DNA of 64,000 bases, taken from contig JACRJU010000013.1 in assembly GCA_016219925.1 (NCBI GenBank), forward strand, positions 180,472 through 244,471, given 5' to 3'. Origin of the DNA: Candidatus Uhrbacteria bacterium (lineage in GTDB: Bacteria > Patescibacteriota > Patescibacteriia > UBA9934 > GWF2-40-263). Positions 59,739 to 64,000 of this stretch are shown here, one piece after another. The notes under the pieces were generated by a model, which saw only the letters and a program-made list of their open reading frames with translations, ran no database searches and was not told the origin of the DNA. The first letter of the stretch is position 1; every line of letters begins with the position of its first letter. Both the position numbers and the translations under genes were made by a program.

Positions 59739-61349
59739 CTACTGCTCGCTCATGGTGATCGGTTCGAGCGGTTTGGCCTTTTTCAGGAGACGACGTTGGA
59801 TTGCGTTCAAAAAAGCCCGAAGCTCTTCAGATTTAAGAAGAGAGGCAATGAAACCGAAAACGATCAGTCCCACGAAGCCCGCCACACCCCCCTGCATGAA
59901 AACCCCCACAAAAGAACTAAGCGGAAATACCATTGAGAGAGCGGGTTTTAACAACTGAGTCACAACCGCGCAGACCATTCCCGCCACGAAAAGTTTCATA
60001 AACGAGGTCATGATACGCGCCTCGTCAAGCGAACCGAGTCGTTTTCGAAGAGGAACCCAAAGCAAAATCAGATTGACGACCGCATAAACAGAATAAGCAA
60101 TCCCGAGGCCAACGACTCCGAAGGACTGTTTAAAAACAAAAGCGCTTAGTAAGCCAGACAACGCACCGATGAGTCCGGCGGTCAGTGGCGTCAGGGTGTC
60201 GTGAAGAGCGAAGAACATGCGAGCGAGAATAAAAACAAGGGACTGCGGGATGAGCGTAAGAACGAAAAAAGCTAGCGTGTCCGCCGTCAAAATAGTTGAT
60301 GTCCAATCAAAAGCTCCTGCCCCGACAACGACACGAACCATTTGGGCTCGCAAGATAAGAAAAAGGACCGTAACGGGTATCAGAAAAAAGAGCGCTTGTC
60401 TCACTGTAGAAGAAAATGCCTGACGGGCCCCGTCAAGATCGTGATCTTCGAGATGCGCGCAAAACGTTGGAAAAGCGGCGATCGCGAGCGACACGCCAAC
60501 TATGCCGACCGGAAAAAATTGAATGTTGTAAGCAAATTGAAAAATCGTTACCGATCCCGCGGACATCGTCGTAGCGATCATGGCCAAGACAATGAAAAGA
60601 ATTTGATTGACGGCAATTCCCAGGATACGTGGACCGGTCAGAGAGAGAAGTTCACGAACATCGGACGAACGAAAATTGATCAAAGGACGATAAACATAGC
60701 CGGTTCCAAAACAGCCCAACCACTGCATAAGCAAGTGTAAAGCGGCTCCAAGTACGACGCCCCAAGCCAAACCGATCGGCCCGAGAAAACGGACAAACCA
60801 TACGGCGCCGATAATAATGCCGATGTTGTACAAGATCGGTGCGCTGGCATACAAAAAAAATCGTTTCAGACTTTGCAAAGCGCTCCCCAAAACCATGGAG
60901 AGTCCGAGCAAGATTTGGGCAACAAGCATGATACGCATGAAATCTGAAACAGTCTGTTGTTTGGCGACGCTAAAACCCGGCGCGATCACTTGAGCGAGTG
61001 GATGGGAAAAAATGATGAGCGTAATCGTCAGAAGCGCAAGAGCAATACCGGTGAGATTAAGGACCGTACTTGTGAAGTTCCAAGCCGATTCATGACTCGA
61101 TCGAAAATATTTGTTTGTAAAAATTGGAATAAAACTGGCAGACAACGCTCCGACGACCATGAGACTGAACATGAGGTCTGGAATTTTAAAAGCGGCATAG
61201 TAAACATCCAACGTATCCCCTGCCCCAAAAGTTCCAGCCAATATGCGATCGCGAATGAAACCGAACACGCGACTGAAAAAAGAAAATAAGCCGACAATGG
61301 TTGCGGCGCCGATGATCGTTTTTGATTCTGCGTTAATCAACCGAAACAT
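59739..61349 (-). CDS. murJ: Lipid II flippase MurJ/MviN
   Basis: MurJ N-terminal signature and 14 transmembrane segments. Confidence 0.85.
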   Translation of the reverse strand: MFRLINAESKTIIGAATIVGLFSFFSRVFGFIRDRILAGTFGAGDTLDVYYAAFKIPDLMFSLMVVGALSASFIPIFTNKYFRSSHESAWNFTSTVLNLTGIALALLTITLIIFSHPLAQVIAPGFSVAKQQTVSDFMRIMLVAQILLGLSMVLGSALQSLKRFFLYASAPILYNIGIIIGAVWFVRFLGPIGLAWGVVLGAALHLLMQWLGCFGTGYVYRPLINFRSSDVRELLSLTGPRILGIAVNQILFIVLAMIATTMSAGSVTIFQFAYNIQFFPVGIVGVSLAIAAFPTFCAHLEDHDLDGARQAFSSTVRQALFFLIPVTVLFLILRAQMVRVVVGAGAFDWTSTILTADTLAFFVLTLIPQSLVFILARMFFALHDTLTPLTAGLIGALSGLLSAFVFKQSFGVVGLGIAYSVYAVVNLILLWVPLRKRLGSLDEARIMTSFMKLFVAGMVCAVVTQLLKPALSMVFPLSSFVGVFMQGGVAGFVGLIVFGFIASLLKSEELRAFLNAIQRRLLKKAKPLEPITMSEQ

Positions 61350-62454
61350 AGTTCGTACGGCGCATTTTGTAAAAAGCGAATACTCCGATAATCAGAAGCC
61401 CTCCGAGCGAACTAAGTAGAAAAACGATCAAACGATTATGCAGAGAAAAAAACGGCACAAAAATGGTGGCATTTTCCGTCGAGGAGTTTCCTTCCTTATC
61501 CGTGAGAGTTAGTTCGACCCGATAAGCCCCGCTTGTACGAAACGTATGTGTTACCTCCGTTTTATTGGAATGAACGCCGTCATCGAAATCCCAATCATAC
61601 TGGGTGTCCGATAAGACGGGGGTGCTGATACGGAAAATAAAAGTGTTCCATGACTGTCGTTGATAGTTAAAAACGGCATTCGGCGAAAACGTCAGAGAAG
61701 GTTTTTGAACCTCGGTCGTTGGAGCCGTTGGGACGGATGGCTCGAAGGGAACGGAATCAGTTTGGATTTGTTCAGCCACTTTTTTCACGATGTTTGTAAA
61801 AGCGTGTTCAACCGGTTTTTGAGGGGAAGTTGCTTGACGTTTAGGGTCCGTAGGAAACGCGTCCTGCGCATCCAGTGTTCCATCTTGATCTGTATCAGCA
61901 ACTAACGAATTTGAATGCTGTTCTGCTTCCACCGCATCGGATAATCCATCATTGTCATCATCTTCGTCGCAGGCGTTGCCAAGTCCATCGCCGTCTGCGT
62001 CAGCCTGATCCGGATTGGAGATTTGAGAACAGTTATCTTTGGCATCATCAATGCCATCTCCATCTTCATCAAGGATTGGTGTGAGAACGCCTGTAATGGC
62101 CGTGTTGTTTTCAGGATGTTGATCTTCCGGATCTGTTCCGCGAATTTCTGCGCGAATATTAAATGAAGTCGATGGAACGATAAAATCAATGTATACCTCC
62201 TCGGGCACGCCATTTGCAAGAACGGAAATAACCTGTGAGCTTCCTAGAACGAAATTTCCTTGAAAGAAAGTGACGTAACCCTGAACATCAAGATCACCCA
62301 TATTCTGGATACGCGCATACAAACGAACCGTTTTTCCCGCAACAAGAGTCGGGGTGGAAAAACGGATATCATTTTGTATGATACTTAAGTCCGCATTGGC
62401 GCCGAGAGCGCTGAGCGGGAAGAAAAAAACAAGAAGAAGGAAGACTATACGCAT
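61333..62454 (-). CDS. Secreted/anchored protein with a CARDB-like domain and thrombospondin-type-3-like Ca-binding Asp repeats
   Basis: Signal peptide. DxDxDGxxDxxD repeats ([36 protein letters not shown]). A C-terminal transmembrane helix. Confidence 0.5.
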   Translation of the reverse strand: MRIVFLLLVFFFPLSALGANADLSIIQNDIRFSTPTLVAGKTVRLYARIQNMGDLDVQGYVTFFQGNFVLGSSQVISVLANGVPEEVYIDFIVPSTSFNIRAEIRGTDPEDQHPENNTAITGVLTPILDEDGDGIDDAKDNCSQISNPDQADADGDGLGNACDEDDDNDGLSDAVEAEQHSNSLVADTDQDGTLDAQDAFPTDPKRQATSPQKPVEHAFTNIVKKVAEQIQTDSVPFEPSVPTAPTTEVQKPSLTFSPNAVFNYQRQSWNTFIFRISTPVLSDTQYDWDFDDGVHSNKTEVTHTFRTSGAYRVELTLTDKEGNSSTENATIFVPFFSLHNRLIVFLLSSLGGLLIIGVFAFYKMRRTNYVSVD

Positions 62455-63008
62455 AAGTCAACGCGGTCTTGGGCATCGAGCCAAAATTTAGCCGCTTCAT
62501 CAGCATTAAGATGCAGACTATCACAAAAGGTTGGATGCACACGCACCGTCACCTGATCGATCTTGACGGATGGATCGCGCAACACCTGGAGGCGGATTGT
62601 CTGACCGTGATGAAGCTCAAGACGCTTGGCGGTTTGTTCATTCACGTGAAGATGCCTTGCAGGGATGATTACTCCTTGTGATACTGCGACCTCGTTTAAA
62701 TCATTTTTCAAAACGCAATTTCCTGATCGAACGAGATCACCCGAGACTCTTACTGGAATATCCAGTCCAAGTGCGCGAGCTTCACTCGCGGTCAACTCCA
62801 CTTGGGAATGTTCACGCGATGGACCGAGCACATGGACATTATCTAACCAACCGGTTGGTGAGTGAACGGCGATCATCAATCCGGTAACGAACTGACCAAA
62901 GTGTCCAAGAGGAGTCATGGAAGGCCATGACCGGTCACCAAATAATTTCACGAAATCATCTTGACTAAGATGGATGTGGCGATGTTGCACGAAAACGGGG
63001 AAACTCAT
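62445..63008 (-). CDS. PduL/EutD-like phosphate acyltransferase
   Basis: Two PduL repeats carrying HRHIH and ARHLH. Confidence 0.5.
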   Translation of the reverse strand: MSFPVFVQHRHIHLSQDDFVKLFGDRSWPSMTPLGHFGQFVTGLMIAVHSPTGWLDNVHVLGPSREHSQVELTASEARALGLDIPVRVSGDLVRSGNCVLKNDLNEVAVSQGVIIPARHLHVNEQTAKRLELHHGQTIRLQVLRDPSVKIDQVTVRVHPTFCDSLHLNADEAAKFWLDAQDRVDLCV

Positions 63009-63010
63009 AG

Positions 63011-63928
63011 TTACGACTTTGGACGCTTGATGATCCAATACATCACCAAAAGCATGATGAGGAAAGAACCGATAAACAGAATCGTCACAGCCTGAACATT
63101 GTGAGCAAAAGGGAGCCATGTCACATTCATTCCATAAAAACCAGCGATGAAAGTTGGGATCATCAGTGAAGCGGTAATAATGGTAAGCAGGGTGATGACC
63201 TCGTTCGTTCGGTGTGTCAGAAGAGTTTCATTGACATTAAATAGTCCGTCCAAAAGAAGTTCTAGATTATCCGTCGTGACAGCAATTGTATCGAGATCGT
63301 CTCGAAGATTATCAAAGTAAACCGTGATCTCTTCAGGAATAAAGGTACGCTTGGTTGCTTGGAGAATCGAAATAATGCTTCGTTGCGGTTCGATGACGTG
63401 CCGCAAAAATAACACGTTGCGTCTCACGTGTGCCAAAGAAACCGTGATCGATTTATCGTAATGATGTTCGATGGCCTCCTCAAGCCGGCTCACTTCCATC
63501 GAAAGATCGCTGGCGATATTACGACTATCGCGAAAGGCGTCCATAAGAACTTGATACATGACAAACGCTGGACCTTTGGAAAAGAGCGAAGCGCGAAAAC
63601 GGGCATTTCGATCCACCCGCGAGAAAAGATCATCAATGGCAGAAAGAGAGGCGCGTGAAAGGGTGACGAGTTGTTTATCTGCAAGGAAAATACAAAGCGG
63701 CTCTCGCGCAACTTTTTGTGAAAACGTGTTGTACACCGGAATATGGAAGACAAGAAATACGTAATGCTTGTACGTGTCGATCTTGGAGAGATAAGATTCA
63801 GAACAAATGTCATCATAATCAAGATGGTGAAAACGAAAATGTTCCTGCAGATACTGCAGGTCTTCTTCTCGAAATGGGCTGAAGTTCAGCCACTGCATTT
63901 CTTCGGTTTTGGATTCTTGAGAAGACAT
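63011..63928 (-). CDS. corA: Magnesium/cobalt transporter CorA
   Basis: YGMNV (GMN) motif before the transmembrane helices. Confidence 0.85.
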   Translation of the reverse strand: MSSQESKTEEMQWLNFSPFREEDLQYLQEHFRFHHLDYDDICSESYLSKIDTYKHYVFLVFHIPVYNTFSQKVAREPLCIFLADKQLVTLSRASLSAIDDLFSRVDRNARFRASLFSKGPAFVMYQVLMDAFRDSRNIASDLSMEVSRLEEAIEHHYDKSITVSLAHVRRNVLFLRHVIEPQRSIISILQATKRTFIPEEITVYFDNLRDDLDTIAVTTDNLELLLDGLFNVNETLLTHRTNEVITLLTIITASLMIPTFIAGFYGMNVTWLPFAHNVQAVTILFIGSFLIMLLVMYWIIKRPKS

Positions 63929-64000
63929 GAGGGGTCGCGTTAAGGTTTCTTTTTCTTGAATGGAATGTGTCCGAACGTATAGTTGAATTTGTTATGACGA

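Overview
The window reads as a roughly 50% GC, gene-dense bacterial chromosome of reduced-genome type, consistent with the Candidate Phyla Radiation (CPR/Patescibacteria). Supporting signs are an RpoA with no C-terminal domain, short AlaRS and MetRS, a UvrD-type helicase fused to a Cas4-like nuclease, and many start codons with no Shine-Dalgarno (SD) sequence or no leader. The conserved backbone includes the 3' end of rsmI, then metG, a cvpA-like gene and tatD. It continues with a complete F1F0 ATP synthase operon (atpB, E, F, H, A, G, D, C), a pcrA/uvrD-like helicase-nuclease, mreBCD with mrdA, a zur-znuACB operon, greA, lysS, alr, an ftsQ-like gene, gltX and clpB. Further right are a priA-like gene, def-fmt, a surface-glycan cluster (wzx, GT4, GT2, GT2, O-antigen-ligase-like), and a ribosomal/rpoA block (rpsI, rplM, rplQ, rpoA, rpsD, rpsK, rpsM, rpmJ, infA) followed by alaS, murJ and corA. 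Three compositionally foreign insertions of about 65-70% GC (roughly 3.76-6.58 kb, 14.8-18.3 kb and 53.06-54.0 kb) are embedded in this backbone. They carry seven hypothetical genes, each with a near-consensus TTGACA-17-TAnnnT promoter and an AGGAGG ribosome-binding site, unlike the host genes. The central island has two tandem paralogs of a Cys-x-Asp / His-x-x-Cys-Gly-Ala-Ala motif family, and a third, host-GC paralog sits just upstream fused to the ATP synthase operon. That island also has a convergent, translationally coupled pair: a vWA (MIDAS) protein and a zinc-ribbon-FHA protein. I regard this as the best candidate for an undescribed system. Two families of structured repeats are also present. 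One is a 65-110 nt hairpin with a conserved 35-nt loop and a stem that covaries between copies (five full copies and one partial). The other is a GC-rich extended hairpin of about 140 bp (two copies). No rRNA, tRNA, CRISPR array, integrase or transposase was found.
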